NCBI GenBank assembly: GCA_964487425.1
Contig: CAZAQD010000004.1
Location: 7,063-71,062 of the forward strand
DNA from: an uncultured Marvinbryantia sp.
GTDB lineage: Bacteria > Bacillota > Clostridia > Lachnospirales > Lachnospiraceae
Direction: 5' to 3'
DNA: 64,000 bases
The translations under genes were made by a program, and so were the position numbers. Under the pieces are notes generated by a model. The model was not told the origin of the DNA, ran no database searches, and worked only from the letters and a program-made list of their open reading frames with translations. Position 1 is the stretch's first letter; each line of letters begins with the position of its first letter. Below, piece after piece: positions 19,741-29,751 of this stretch.

Positions 19741-22636
19741 AAGCATAAAAAAAGTGTTATCCACCATCCTGAACTCCAGAATCATCATTCTTGGCGTGAT
19801 CTTTCTCGTACTGGGATTTGTTTTGGTGCGCAGGCTTTTTGATCTGCAGATCGTCAACGGGGAATCTTATCAGACAGATTTCACCATGCAAATCCGGCGC
19901 GAGACAACGATCCCCAGTACACGGGGCTGTATCTATGACAGCGACGGCAACCTGATTGCCTACAATAAATTGTCGTATGATGTAACTTTTCAGGATATGG
20001 GGAGCTACGAAACAACGGATGAGCGCAACCTTACCATCAACAGCTATCTTTATAAGATTATGCAGATACTCTATGAAAATGGTGACGATGTTTATTCAGA
20101 CTTTGCCATCCGTATCAATGACGCCGGCAAATACGAATACACAAAAAGCGGCGTGAACCTTCTCAGGTTTAAAGCGGACGTGTTCGGCGAGCCATATACG
20201 GAGGATCTCACGGAGGAACAGCGCAGTATTTCGGCAGAAGATATGATTAAGGAATTGGGCAGCTCCGATATGTACGGTGTTTTTCTTGAGGAGTACAAGC
20301 CGGAAGAGCTGGCGACTTACGGGCTGCCGTCCTCACTGTCACAGGAGGACACCCTGAAGATGATCGCCCTTCGTAGTGCGATCAACCAGAACAGTTACCA
20401 GAAATATATTTCAACCACCATTGCCAAAGATATCTCCGACCAGTCTATGTCTACGCTAATGGAGAGCAAGGGGTATTATGTCGGCGTGGATGTGGAGGAA
20501 AGTTCGATCCGCGTTTACAACGAGAGCCTCTATTACGCCAACATTATCGGCTATACCGGACAAATTTCCTCGGAGGAAATCACGTCATTAAATGAGCAGC
20601 TTGGCAGAGAGGTTTATGACAGTACGGATATTGTCGGAAAAGCCGGGCTGGAGCAGCACTTTGAGACGGAGCTGCAGGGTGTGGACGGAAAGAAGAGTGT
20701 CTATGTCAACAATCTTGGCAAGGTTTTGAAAGAAGACTCGGTGGTCGAGCCGCAGGCAGGAAACGACCTCTATCTGACGATCAATACAGATTACCAGAAA
20801 GCGGCGTACCAGCTTCTGGAGCAGTATATTGCCGGCGTTATCTACAGCCATCTTTATGATTACAAGGAATTTGACAACACCCAGGTGGGTACCAATGAAA
20901 TTGTCATTACCAGCTACGAGGTGTATTATGCCTTATTTGAGAACAATATCCTCAGCGTGACCCATATGGAGTCCGATGAGGCATCGGAATTGGAAAAACA
21001 GGTGTTTGCTGAGTTCCAGCAGCGGGAAGCGGATGTGTTCGCGGAAATTAAAGCGGAGCTGCTTTCGGAGAACCCGCTTCCATATAACGAATTGTCCACA
21101 GAGATGCAGGTGTATATGAATTATCTGGTAGAAACGACCTTGCCGGAGCTGGGGATTATGAAGACGGACGCCATCGACGAGACGGATGCCACATATCTGG
21201 CATGGACACGGGATGAATCCATCAGTATGAAGGAATACCTTACCTATGCGATTGCCCAGGAGTGGATGGATATCTCTCAGGTGACGGCGGATTCGCAGTT
21301 CCTTGATTCGACGGAGATTTTCTCCAATCTGTGTGATTACCTGGAGGAATATATCAAGGATGATTACAATTTCAGCAAGAAGGTCTACAAATATATGGTA
21401 GAAGACGACCTGCTGATGCCGTCCACCCTCTGCCGCCTGCTTTTCGACCAGGGCGTACTGGAGATGGACGAGGAGGCGTATAACGGACTGAAAGACGGCA
21501 GTCTTTATGCCTATGATTTTATCATGGAAAAGATCTATACCCTTGAACTCAAGCCTTCGCAGCTTGCGCTGGCGCCGTGCTCCGGTTCGCTGGTCATCGT
21601 GGACCCGAACAACGGAAATACGCTGGCATGTGTCACCTATCCCGGGTATGATAACAACCGTCTGGCAAATGATATGGACGAAGAATATTTCGAACAGTTG
21701 ACGCTGGACAAATCCAGCCCCTTCTATAATAAAGCGACGCAGGAGCTGACCGCCCCGGGGTCTACTTATAAGATGGTTACGGCAGTAGCCGGTGTGCAGG
21801 AGGGCGTAATCACGGTTGATGAAGCGATAAACTGTACCGGTGTGTTTGAGGACGTAGATCCGCCAATCAATTGCTGGATTTATTCAAGCGGCGGTATGCA
21901 CGGCCCATTGACGCTTTCCGCAGCCCTGCAGGAGTCCTGCAACTTCTACTTCAACACGGTGGGACTTAGGCTTGGGGACGTAGGCAATGCGGACGGTGAG
22001 ATGGACGACGCGGTCGGTATTGCCAAGCTGGCAAAATATGCCGCCATGTTTGGCTTCGACCAGGAGACAGGTATCGAGATGGATGAGAGCACGCCGCAGA
22101 TATCCGACAACGCAATGGCGCCGTCGGCAATGGGGCAGGGGCGTAATGCCTATGCAACGATACAGCTTGCCAGATACGTGGCGACGATCGCCAACGGCGG
22201 CACCTGCTATGACCTGACATTGCTCGATAAAATTACGGATTCGGACGGACGGACCATTCTGGAAAAGGAGCCGGTCATTCATGATTATGTTGAAGCGGAC
22301 GAATACCTCTGGAATACCATCAAGACCGGTATGAACCAGATGATTAAGCAGAACAATTACTGGAAGGACATTGAAATCGATATGGCAGGAAAGACAGGTA
22401 CCGCCGAGGAGACCGGCGTACCCAGCCATGCGTTGTTTGTCGGCTATGCGCCCTATGACGATCCGCAGATCGCCATCGCCTGCCGTATTACCAATGGTTA
22501 TACCTCCGCCAATGCATCCCTGCTGGCAAAAGATATGATCCGTTATATCTTTAACCTGCAGGATAAAGATACCCTGATTACCGGACATGCCTCCCTGTAT
22601 TCCGGCGGAACCATATCCGGTACAAGAACAGACTAA
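19733..22636 (+). CDS. Class B penicillin-binding protein (MrdA/PBP2-like) with a large insertion
   Basis: N-terminal TM, RGCIYD, GKAGLE, SxxK (GSTYK), SxN (SCN) and KTG (GKTGT). Confidence 0.9.
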   Translation: MFKSIKKVLSTILNSRIIILGVIFLVLGFVLVRRLFDLQIVNGESYQTDFTMQIRRETTIPSTRGCIYDSDGNLIAYNKLSYDVTFQDMGSYETTDERNLTINSYLYKIMQILYENGDDVYSDFAIRINDAGKYEYTKSGVNLLRFKADVFGEPYTEDLTEEQRSISAEDMIKELGSSDMYGVFLEEYKPEELATYGLPSSLSQEDTLKMIALRSAINQNSYQKYISTTIAKDISDQSMSTLMESKGYYVGVDVEESSIRVYNESLYYANIIGYTGQISSEEITSLNEQLGREVYDSTDIVGKAGLEQHFETELQGVDGKKSVYVNNLGKVLKEDSVVEPQAGNDLYLTINTDYQKAAYQLLEQYIAGVIYSHLYDYKEFDNTQVGTNEIVITSYEVYYALFENNILSVTHMESDEASELEKQVFAEFQQREADVFAEIKAELLSENPLPYNELSTEMQVYMNYLVETTLPELGIMKTDAIDETDATYLAWTRDESISMKEYLTYAIAQEWMDISQVTADSQFLDSTEIFSNLCDYLEEYIKDDYNFSKKVYKYMVEDDLLMPSTLCRLLFDQGVLEMDEEAYNGLKDGSLYAYDFIMEKIYTLELKPSQLALAPCSGSLVIVDPNNGNTLACVTYPGYDNNRLANDMDEEYFEQLTLDKSSPFYNKATQELTAPGSTYKMVTAVAGVQEGVITVDEAINCTGVFEDVDPPINCWIYSSGGMHGPLTLSAALQESCNFYFNTVGLRLGDVGNADGEMDDAVGIAKLAKYAAMFGFDQETGIEMDESTPQISDNAMAPSAMGQGRNAYATIQLARYVATIANGGTCYDLTLLDKITDSDGRTILEKEPVIHDYVEADEYLWNTIKTGMNQMIKQNNYWKDIEIDMAGKTGTAEETGVPSHALFVGYAPYDDPQIAIACRITNGYTSANASLLAKDMIRYIFNLQDKDTLITGHASLYSGGTISGTRTD

Positions 22637-22662
22637 TTTTTCAGTTTTTGGAGAACAGAGAA

Positions 22663-23361
22663 ATGAACAGGATTCCGGTTGTCATAAAAAGTAATAAATA
22701 TGGGTTAGTAATCCACCTGGATGAGCAGATGGACTTTGCGGAGCTTTTGGAGGCGGTTGCCTCCAAGTTCCGCAATTCGGCAGGATTTTTTAAAAATGCC
22801 AGAATGGCGGTTGCTTTCCAGGGACGCGTACTGACAAAAGACCAGGAAAACCGCCTGGTTGAGGCAATCGTCTCTAATTCAGAAATTGAAATCATCTGCA
22901 TCGTTGACGAGCGACCGGAAGAGGAAGCATATTATGAACAAGCCATGAGGCTTGCAGAGGAAAAGGAGCATCAGGGCGGGTTGTTTTATCGCGGCAATTT
23001 GCGCGGCGGGCAGACGCTGGAGCTGGAAAACAGCGTAGTGATCCTCGGTGATGTCCATCCGGGCGCAAGCGTCATCTCCAAAGGGAATGTCGTCGTTCTC
23101 GGCGCGTGCCGCGGGAATGTTTATGCCGGGGCATCAGGCAGCAGAGAATGCTTTGTGGCGGCGCTTGTAATGAAGCCGATCCAGATACGGATTGCCGACA
23201 AGATTGCCCGCAGCGCGATCACCAAACGCAGCGACACCGCCGAATATGCGCTTGATCCGAAAATCGCATATGTGAAGGAGGATCATATTTATGTGAAAAA
23301 CCTTGTACATAGTACACTGAAAGAGATTCTGGGAGACACGGAAGAGGAAGGCAAACGATAA
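22663..23361 (+). CDS. minC: Septum site-determining protein MinC
   Basis: LRGGQ...VVILGDVHPGASVISKGNVVVLG beta-helix; lies upstream of minD. Confidence 0.92.
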   Translation: MNRIPVVIKSNKYGLVIHLDEQMDFAELLEAVASKFRNSAGFFKNARMAVAFQGRVLTKDQENRLVEAIVSNSEIEIICIVDERPEEEAYYEQAMRLAEEKEHQGGLFYRGNLRGGQTLELENSVVILGDVHPGASVISKGNVVVLGACRGNVYAGASGSRECFVAALVMKPIQIRIADKIARSAITKRSDTAEYALDPKIAYVKEDHIYVKNLVHSTLKEILGDTEEEGKR

Positions 23362-23456
23362 CGTTTTACATTCATTACATAGGATGAACGGGGGATTTCC
23401 TGTCACGTACGGCAGCAATGCCGTGCAGAAAAAAACTATGTCATGGAGGAATAAAA

Positions 23457-24248
23457 ATGAGTGAAGTAATTGTAGTAACTTCCGGCAAAGGCGGTGTTGG
23501 CAAGACCACGATCACCGCAAATCTTGGAACCGGACTGGCAAAGCTGGACAAAAAAACAGTGTTAGTGGACACGGATATCGGGCTTCGCAACCTTGATGTG
23601 GTGATGGGGCTTGAAAACAGAATTGTATATAATATGGTAGACGTCATTGAAGGGAACTGCCGACTGAAGCAGGCGCTGATTCGGGACAAGCATTATCCCG
23701 GGCTGTATCTGCTTGCTGCTGCCCAGACAAGAGACAAATCTGCCGTCACACCAGAACAGATGAAAAAGCTGGTAGAAGATTTAAAGGTACATTTTGAGTA
23801 TATTATCCTGGACTGCCCGGCGGGAATTGAACAGGGCTTTAAAAACGCCGTGGCAGGAGCGGACAGGGCAATCGTCGTGACGACCCCTGAAGTATCCGCG
23901 ATACGTGATGCGGACAGGATTATCGGGCTTTTGGAAGCGGACGGCATGAAGCAGATCGAACTGCTGATTAACCGGCTTCGTCCTGATATGATAAAAAAGG
24001 GCGATATGATGTCTGCCGAAGATGTAATTGAAATACTGGCGATTCCGCTCATAGGCGCGGTGCCGGACGATAACGCTATCGTAATTTCCACGAACCAGGG
24101 AGAACCTTTGGCTGGCAGCGACGCCCCTTCCGGGCAGGCTCTTTTCAATGTCGCGCGGCGGGTAACGGGAGAGCAGGTTGATATCCTGGATTTTAGTAAA
24201 GACATCTCCTTTTGGAACCGCATCAAAGATTTCTTCCATAAGAGTTAG
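23457..24248 (+). CDS. minD: Septum site-determining ATPase MinD
   Basis: TSGKGGVGKTT, DIGLRNLD, DCPAGIE, C-terminal amphipathic helix; GGAGG RBS. Confidence 0.97.
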   Translation: MSEVIVVTSGKGGVGKTTITANLGTGLAKLDKKTVLVDTDIGLRNLDVVMGLENRIVYNMVDVIEGNCRLKQALIRDKHYPGLYLLAAAQTRDKSAVTPEQMKKLVEDLKVHFEYIILDCPAGIEQGFKNAVAGADRAIVVTTPEVSAIRDADRIIGLLEADGMKQIELLINRLRPDMIKKGDMMSAEDVIEILAIPLIGAVPDDNAIVISTNQGEPLAGSDAPSGQALFNVARRVTGEQVDILDFSKDISFWNRIKDFFHKS

Positions 24249-24260
24249 GGGGATGCCTTC

Positions 24261-24533
24261 ATGAACAGGTTTAGTGTTTTTGTAAGGCAAAAGATAAAAT
24301 TTGAGGCGGCGTCTTCAAAAGAAGTGGCGAAGGAACGTCTGGAACTGATGCTTCTCGCGCAGCGGATGCAGTCTTCCCCTGAGATGATGGAGCAGATGAA
24401 GCGGGAAATCGGTGAAATTGTCCGCAAGTACCTCAATGCGGATTATGCACAGATGAACATACAGATTAATTTGACAAATGAGATAAAACAAGGTGTAGAA
24501 CATGCTAAAACAATACAAATTAAGGGACTATAA
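24261..24533 (+). CDS. minE: Cell division topological specificity factor MinE
   Basis: SKEVAKERLELMLLAQR and EIGEIVRKY; follows minD. Confidence 0.85.
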   Translation: MNRFSVFVRQKIKFEAASSKEVAKERLELMLLAQRMQSSPEMMEQMKREIGEIVRKYLNADYAQMNIQINLTNEIKQGVEHAKTIQIKGL

Positions 24534-25605
24534 GTTTACGCTGATACTGCTGGTAATTGCGCTTTCTGTTATCGGAATTATGCTGATCGGAAGTGCGGAC
24601 AGCGACCTGCAGAACAAGCAGATCCTCGGACTTGTCATGGGGCTGATCTTAATGGTGATAGTTTCTTTGATCGATCATGTCTGGCTTCTGCAGTTTTACT
24701 GGTTTTTCTATTTTACCGGACTTGCCCTGCTTGCGGCAGTAATTGTCGGCGGCAGAACGGTAAGCGGCGCCACCAGATGGCTGGTAATCGGCGGAATTCA
24801 GTTTCAGCCTTCCGATTTGATGAAAATTATACTGATTATGTTTTTTGCACAGTATTTTTCCAAACACGAAGATGATTTAAACTCCTTTAAAACTATTATA
24901 TTTTCTGTTATAATTATAGCAGTTCCGTGGTTTTTAATTTGTAAACAGCCGAATTTGTCTACCAGTATCCTGACACTTTTATTGTTTTGCGCCCTTTATT
25001 TTGTTGCGGGGCTGAGCTATAAGGTGATTATTGGCATTCTGGCGGTATTTGTGCCTGCGGCGACGGTTTGCTTCAGCCTGATTTTGAAACCGGGGCAGAC
25101 GCTGATCGAGGAATATCAGTTACTGCGTATCCTCTCATGGCTCTATCCCGATCAGTATCCGGATGAGGCCGCCCAGCAGTTGAATTCGATCATAGCGATC
25201 GGTTCCGGCCAGCTTTACGGAAAAGGGCTGGATACTACGGCGGTAGAGTCGGTAAAGAATGGAAATTTCCTCTCAGAAGCCCAGACGGATTTTATCTTTG
25301 CTGTGGCAGGCGAGGAGCTTGGATTTCTCGGATGTTTTGTCATCATTATTCTGGAGCTTTTGATTGCATTTGAATGCTTCCGGATCGGAAGAAATGCGCG
25401 GGAAAAATCGGGGATGTTAATTTGCAGCGGCATGGGGGCGTTGATTGGTATTCAGAGCATTATGAATATCTGTGTTGCCACCGGATTAATGCCGAATACA
25501 GGGCTTCCGCTTCCGTTTGTGAGCTCAGGGCTTACTTCTTTGATGACATTATTTATTGGAATCGGGCTGGTTCTGAATGTGGGATTACAGGTGAAAAAGC
25601 ATTAA
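24502..25605 (+). CDS. rodA: SEDS peptidoglycan polymerase (RodA/FtsW family)
   Basis: GATRW, QPSDLMK, AIGSGQLYGKG, TDFIFAVAGEELG and PNTGLPLPFVSSG motifs; located in the mre operon. Confidence 0.88.
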   Translation: MLKQYKLRDYKFTLILLVIALSVIGIMLIGSADSDLQNKQILGLVMGLILMVIVSLIDHVWLLQFYWFFYFTGLALLAAVIVGGRTVSGATRWLVIGGIQFQPSDLMKIILIMFFAQYFSKHEDDLNSFKTIIFSVIIIAVPWFLICKQPNLSTSILTLLLFCALYFVAGLSYKVIIGILAVFVPAATVCFSLILKPGQTLIEEYQLLRILSWLYPDQYPDEAAQQLNSIIAIGSGQLYGKGLDTTAVESVKNGNFLSEAQTDFIFAVAGEELGFLGCFVIIILELLIAFECFRIGRNAREKSGMLICSGMGALIGIQSIMNICVATGLMPNTGLPLPFVSSGLTSLMTLFIGIGLVLNVGLQVKKH

Positions 25606-25629
25606 ATATGAGATAGGAGGGGCATTGGC

Positions 25630-26025
25630 ATGAATGTGGGATTAGTCGCACATGATTCAAAAAAAATCTTAATGCAGAATTTCTGCATTGCTTATCGCGG
25701 TATTTTGTCAAAACATACACTTTATGCAACAAGTACAACGGGCAGGCTGATTGAGGAAGTTACCGGGCTTAACATCAACAAGCACCTTGCCGGACATCTT
25801 GGAGGCGTCCACCAGATTGCCGCCCAGATCGAACAGAATCAGATTGACCTGGTTATTTTTCTGCGTGATCCGCTACATCCGAAGTCACATGAGCCGGATA
25901 TTAAAAATTCATTCCGTCTCTGCGATACGTATAACGTTCCCCTTGCCACGAACCTGGCAACGGCAGAGATGCTTGTAAAATCCTTAGACAGAGGAGAGTT
26001 GGAATGGCGTGAGATGTACAGATAA
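25630..26025 (+). CDS. mgsA: Methylglyoxal synthase-like protein
   Basis: LVAHDSKK, ATSTTG, IFLRDP, HEPD and LCD.YNVPLATNLATAE motifs. The catalytic Asp position is altered (see findings). Confidence 0.85.
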   Translation: MNVGLVAHDSKKILMQNFCIAYRGILSKHTLYATSTTGRLIEEVTGLNINKHLAGHLGGVHQIAAQIEQNQIDLVIFLRDPLHPKSHEPDIKNSFRLCDTYNVPLATNLATAEMLVKSLDRGELEWREMYR

Positions 26026-26032
26026 TAGAGAA

Positions 26033-27070
26033 ATGTCAAGATACCAAAAAAGGATATTGGAGCAGAAAAAGCGAAGGACCAGGCTGTGGATTTTTTCCCT
26101 GCTTCTGATTTTCCTGCTGGCGCTTGTGGGAATTCTGCTGTACGAATTCGTATTCCGTTCCCATGAAATCGCTTTTGACGATCCTTATGATATCAGCAGT
26201 ACCGTTTTTGGCGTGCGGGACGGAATCCAGGCAGACGGCAGAGCGGCGCCCTTTACCGACGGCATTTGCGTCACGGCGGGCGATGTGGAATTTGAGGGGG
26301 TAACACTTGAATACGCAGAAGCAGGCGCCATTATGGATTTGAGCAGCCAAACGGTATTATATGCAAAAAATGTGCATGAGCAGCTTTATCCGGCAAGCTT
26401 AACCAAGATCATGACCGCGCTGGTCGCGCTGAAATACGGCAATCTTGATGATACGGTTTTCATCGATGAGAACGCGCTGGATATTGACCCGGAATCTTCC
26501 GTTTGTTATCTGGAATATGGGGATGAATTTACCTTGAGGCAGTTGATTTACGGGCTTTTAATTGCCTCTGGAAATGATGCCGGTAATGCGATTGCCTATC
26601 ACGTTGGCGGCAGCATTGAACATTTTGTGGAGCTTATGAATCAGGAAGCATACGCTCTTGGCGCTACAAACACACACTTTTCCAATGCGCACGGGCTGCA
26701 GGATGAATCGCATTATACGACGCCGTATGATATTTACCTGATGTTTCAGGAAGCTATGAAATATGACGTTTTTGCAGACGCGATCAACCAGGTAAGCTAC
26801 ACGGTCACTTATGTGAAATCAGATGGTGAGCAGTACGAGCGTACCTGGTATGCAACCAGTTACTATTTCACCGGAGAGGCAACTGCACCGGAGGATGTGA
26901 CCGTTTACGGGGGCAAGACCGGTACGACCGATGAGGCGGGCGCATGCCTTTCCCTGCTTAGTAAAGACGCCTATGGGAATTCCTATTTCAGTATTATTAT
27001 GAAGTCGGATACCAAGGATGACCTTTACAGTGAAATGAACGACTTATTGTCAATAATCAACAAAAAGTAG
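26033..27070 (+). CDS. D-alanyl-D-alanine carboxypeptidase (peptidase S11)
   Basis: N-terminal TM, PASLTK, SGNDA, NAHGL and GGKTGTT motifs. Confidence 0.92.
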   Translation: MSRYQKRILEQKKRRTRLWIFSLLLIFLLALVGILLYEFVFRSHEIAFDDPYDISSTVFGVRDGIQADGRAAPFTDGICVTAGDVEFEGVTLEYAEAGAIMDLSSQTVLYAKNVHEQLYPASLTKIMTALVALKYGNLDDTVFIDENALDIDPESSVCYLEYGDEFTLRQLIYGLLIASGNDAGNAIAYHVGGSIEHFVELMNQEAYALGATNTHFSNAHGLQDESHYTTPYDIYLMFQEAMKYDVFADAINQVSYTVTYVKSDGEQYERTWYATSYYFTGEATAPEDVTVYGGKTGTTDEAGACLSLLSKDAYGNSYFSIIMKSDTKDDLYSEMNDLLSIINKK

Positions 27071-27132
27071 TTGTAATTTATAAAGTTGTGAAGTATAATT
27101 GTACATATACGAAACTGAAGGAGGAGATTACG

Positions 27133-27552
27133 ATGATACAGATAATCGCAGGCACTAAAGGAAATGGAAAGACAAAATATTTGTTGGACAAAGTAAATAC
27201 TGAAATCAAATCTGTACACGGTAATATTGTCTATCTTGACAAAAATGCAAAACATATGTATGAATTAAATAATAAGGTCCGTCTTATTAATGTTTCAGAA
27301 TATATGGTAGACAGCGCGGATGCGTTTATCGGATTTATAAGCGGTATTATTTCACAGGATCATGATCTGGAGCAAATGTATCTTGACAGCTTTCTGAAAG
27401 TTGCAAAACTGGAAGGCGAGGATGTTTCCGCGACACTTGACAGACTGGCAGCAATCGGCGAAAAATATAATGTTACTTTTGTATTGAGTATTTCTCTTGA
27501 TACGGAAGATTTACCGGAAAACATGCGCGATAAAGTAATTGTTTCCCTGTAA
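27133..27552 (+). CDS. Small P-loop protein of unknown function
   Basis: 139 aa with a Walker A-like IAGTKGNGKT at the N-terminus and a Walker B-like MYLDS; AAGGAGG RBS. Confidence 0.75.
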   Translation: MIQIIAGTKGNGKTKYLLDKVNTEIKSVHGNIVYLDKNAKHMYELNNKVRLINVSEYMVDSADAFIGFISGIISQDHDLEQMYLDSFLKVAKLEGEDVSATLDRLAAIGEKYNVTFVLSISLDTEDLPENMRDKVIVSL

Positions 27553-27575
27553 TATCATTTTACATATTAAAAATT

Positions 27576-27608
27576 ATGCCGGATGAAATGTTATCCGGCA
27601 TTTTTTTG
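27576..27608 (+). terminator. Intrinsic terminator
   Basis: ATGCCGGAT/ATCCGGCAT stem followed by a T-run. Confidence 0.8.
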
Positions 27609-27626
27609 CAAAAAAGGAGAGCACAT

Positions 27627-29015
27627 ATGGCATCTTCAAAAAATATCAGAAGAAATCCCAAAAAAGTAGTGAAAATGCAGACAAATTCGTTTCTGAATAT
27701 CGGTACGATCATGTTCGGCATTTTATTTATATATATGTTAATTTGCATTGTTATGTATCTTGGCTCCGACCACATCGCGGCGTACGAGGTAACCGCCGGG
27801 ACGCTTGCCAGCAATTACCGTTATACGGCGCTGGCGTTAAAATCAGAAACAGTTGTCTATACTACTGAGGCAGGACCCATCCACTATTATGTCCGCGAGG
27901 GGAGCAAGGTGGGCGTTGGCACCGGAATCTATTCCGTCGGTAACCTGAGCCTGTCAGCCGATACGGATACGGAGGAGGACGAGCCCCTCGACAACAGCAG
28001 TTATTCCGACTTACGCAGCATCGCTTCCAACTTCAGCAGCAATTATTCTTCCGTCTCTTATCAGAATGTCTATAATTTTAAGGCGGAAGCGCAGACAGCA
28101 CTGATCGAACTGCTCTCGAAAAATATCCTGGATGAGGCGCAGCAGGGAACCGGCAGCGGGCTGAACCTGATTACAACGGATAAGGATGGAATCATCGTCT
28201 ATTCCATTGACGGGATGGAGGATTTGACTATCGATGAGGTAACCGCCGATGATTTCAATATGATGAATTATTCCAGGGAGAATCTGCGCATGAAAGAGGA
28301 AGTCAGCGCCAAAGACCCTGTTTACAAAATCCTTACCAGCGAAAACTGGTCGATGGTTATCCCGCTTGATAAAAAAACAGCTACCGAACTTGCGGACCTC
28401 TCGATCGTCCGTTTCCGCTTCATTGAAGACGGCTCCACCTTTAATGCTGATTTTTCCATTGTCCAGAATGAGGATGGCTTTTATGGAAAATTAGACATCA
28501 GCAATTCCCTGATTCGTTTTGCGGGAGACCGCTACATTGAGATCGATCTGCTGATTAACCGTCAGAGCGGGCTGAAAATTCCCAACAGCGCCATCGCGGA
28601 AAAGGTATTTTACCGGATTCCCAAAGAATATGTGACGGTTTACGAGGATTCCGACAGTGAGATCGGGCTTCTCAAAGAAACCTATGATACCGACGGCTCC
28701 GCCATCACAAAATATATCACGGCGACCGTATATGATAAAACGGAATATGACTATTATGTGGATCCCTCGCTTTTCGAAGCAGGGGATTACGTCCTCATGA
28801 AAGATTCCTCAAAACGTTACCAGGTTTCCGAGACGAAGACATTGACGGGCGTTTACAATATTAATAAGGGATACGCGGTTTTCCGGGAAATAACAATTAT
28901 TGATGAAAATGAAGAGTACTGTATCGTTGAGAGCGACGATGCCTATGGCTTGGCGCAGTATGACCATATTGCGCTGGATGCGTCTACGGTAAAAGAAGAT
29001 TCTGTGATCGGTTAA
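27627..29015 (+). CDS. Membrane-anchored protein with membrane-fusion (HlyD-like barrel-sandwich) features
   Basis: One N-terminal TM, G.I.YYVREGSKVGVG and DGIIVYSIDG.E half-motifs, GLKIP.SAI; AAGGAG RBS. Confidence 0.65.
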   Translation: MASSKNIRRNPKKVVKMQTNSFLNIGTIMFGILFIYMLICIVMYLGSDHIAAYEVTAGTLASNYRYTALALKSETVVYTTEAGPIHYYVREGSKVGVGTGIYSVGNLSLSADTDTEEDEPLDNSSYSDLRSIASNFSSNYSSVSYQNVYNFKAEAQTALIELLSKNILDEAQQGTGSGLNLITTDKDGIIVYSIDGMEDLTIDEVTADDFNMMNYSRENLRMKEEVSAKDPVYKILTSENWSMVIPLDKKTATELADLSIVRFRFIEDGSTFNADFSIVQNEDGFYGKLDISNSLIRFAGDRYIEIDLLINRQSGLKIPNSAIAEKVFYRIPKEYVTVYEDSDSEIGLLKETYDTDGSAITKYITATVYDKTEYDYYVDPSLFEAGDYVLMKDSSKRYQVSETKTLTGVYNINKGYAVFREITIIDENEEYCIVESDDAYGLAQYDHIALDASTVKEDSVIG

Positions 29016-29030
29016 GGAGGTTTGTGTTTC

Positions 29031-29720
29031 ATGAGCGTGGAAAATTATAAAATGGTTTTAGAGCATGTCCATCAGGCGTGCGCCCGGGCAAAAAGAGACC
29101 CGGAGGAAGTGACGCTGATTGCCGTCAGCAAGACAAAGCCGGTATCGATGATCGAAGATCTGCTGTCGCAGGGCGTGCTTGATTTCGGTGAAAATAAGCC
29201 GCAGGAGCTGCGGGATAAGTATCTTGTCCTGCCCGGGAACCTGCGCTGGCATATGATCGGGCATCTGCAGCGCAATAAGGTCAAATACATTATTGATAAG
29301 GCGTGCATGATCCATTCCGTGGATTCCATCCGCTTGGCAGAGACGATCCAGGCAGAGGCGCAGAAGCATGATCTTGTCATGCCGGTTCTGGTGGAAGTAA
29401 ATGTGGCGCAGGAAGAATCAAAATTCGGGATTTCCCTTGCGGAGACGCCTGATTTTATCAAAGAAATCTCTGTATTTCCCAATCTTAAAGTTTCGGGATT
29501 AATGACGATTGCCCCTTTTGTGGAAAATCCCGAAGATAACAGAATCCATTTTCGAAATTTATACAATTTATTTATTGACATTAAAGCCAGAAACCTTGAT
29601 AATGTAAATATGTGCAATCTTAGTATGGGCATGACAAATGATTATGAAGTCGCCATCGAAGAAGGTGCAACTATGGTACGTGTCGGTACTGGTATATTCG
29701 GTGAGCGTGTGTATCTTTAA
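29031..29720 (+). CDS. yggS: YggS/PLPBP pyridoxal phosphate homeostasis protein
   Basis: LIAVSKT, FGENKPQE, WHMIGHLQRNK, LSMGMT.DY and VRVGTGIFG motifs. Confidence 0.96.
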   Translation: MSVENYKMVLEHVHQACARAKRDPEEVTLIAVSKTKPVSMIEDLLSQGVLDFGENKPQELRDKYLVLPGNLRWHMIGHLQRNKVKYIIDKACMIHSVDSIRLAETIQAEAQKHDLVMPVLVEVNVAQEESKFGISLAETPDFIKEISVFPNLKVSGLMTIAPFVENPEDNRIHFRNLYNLFIDIKARNLDNVNMCNLSMGMTNDYEVAIEEGATMVRVGTGIFGERVYL

Positions 29721-29751
29721 GTACAGAACATAGTAGAAATGGAGAAAGAAT

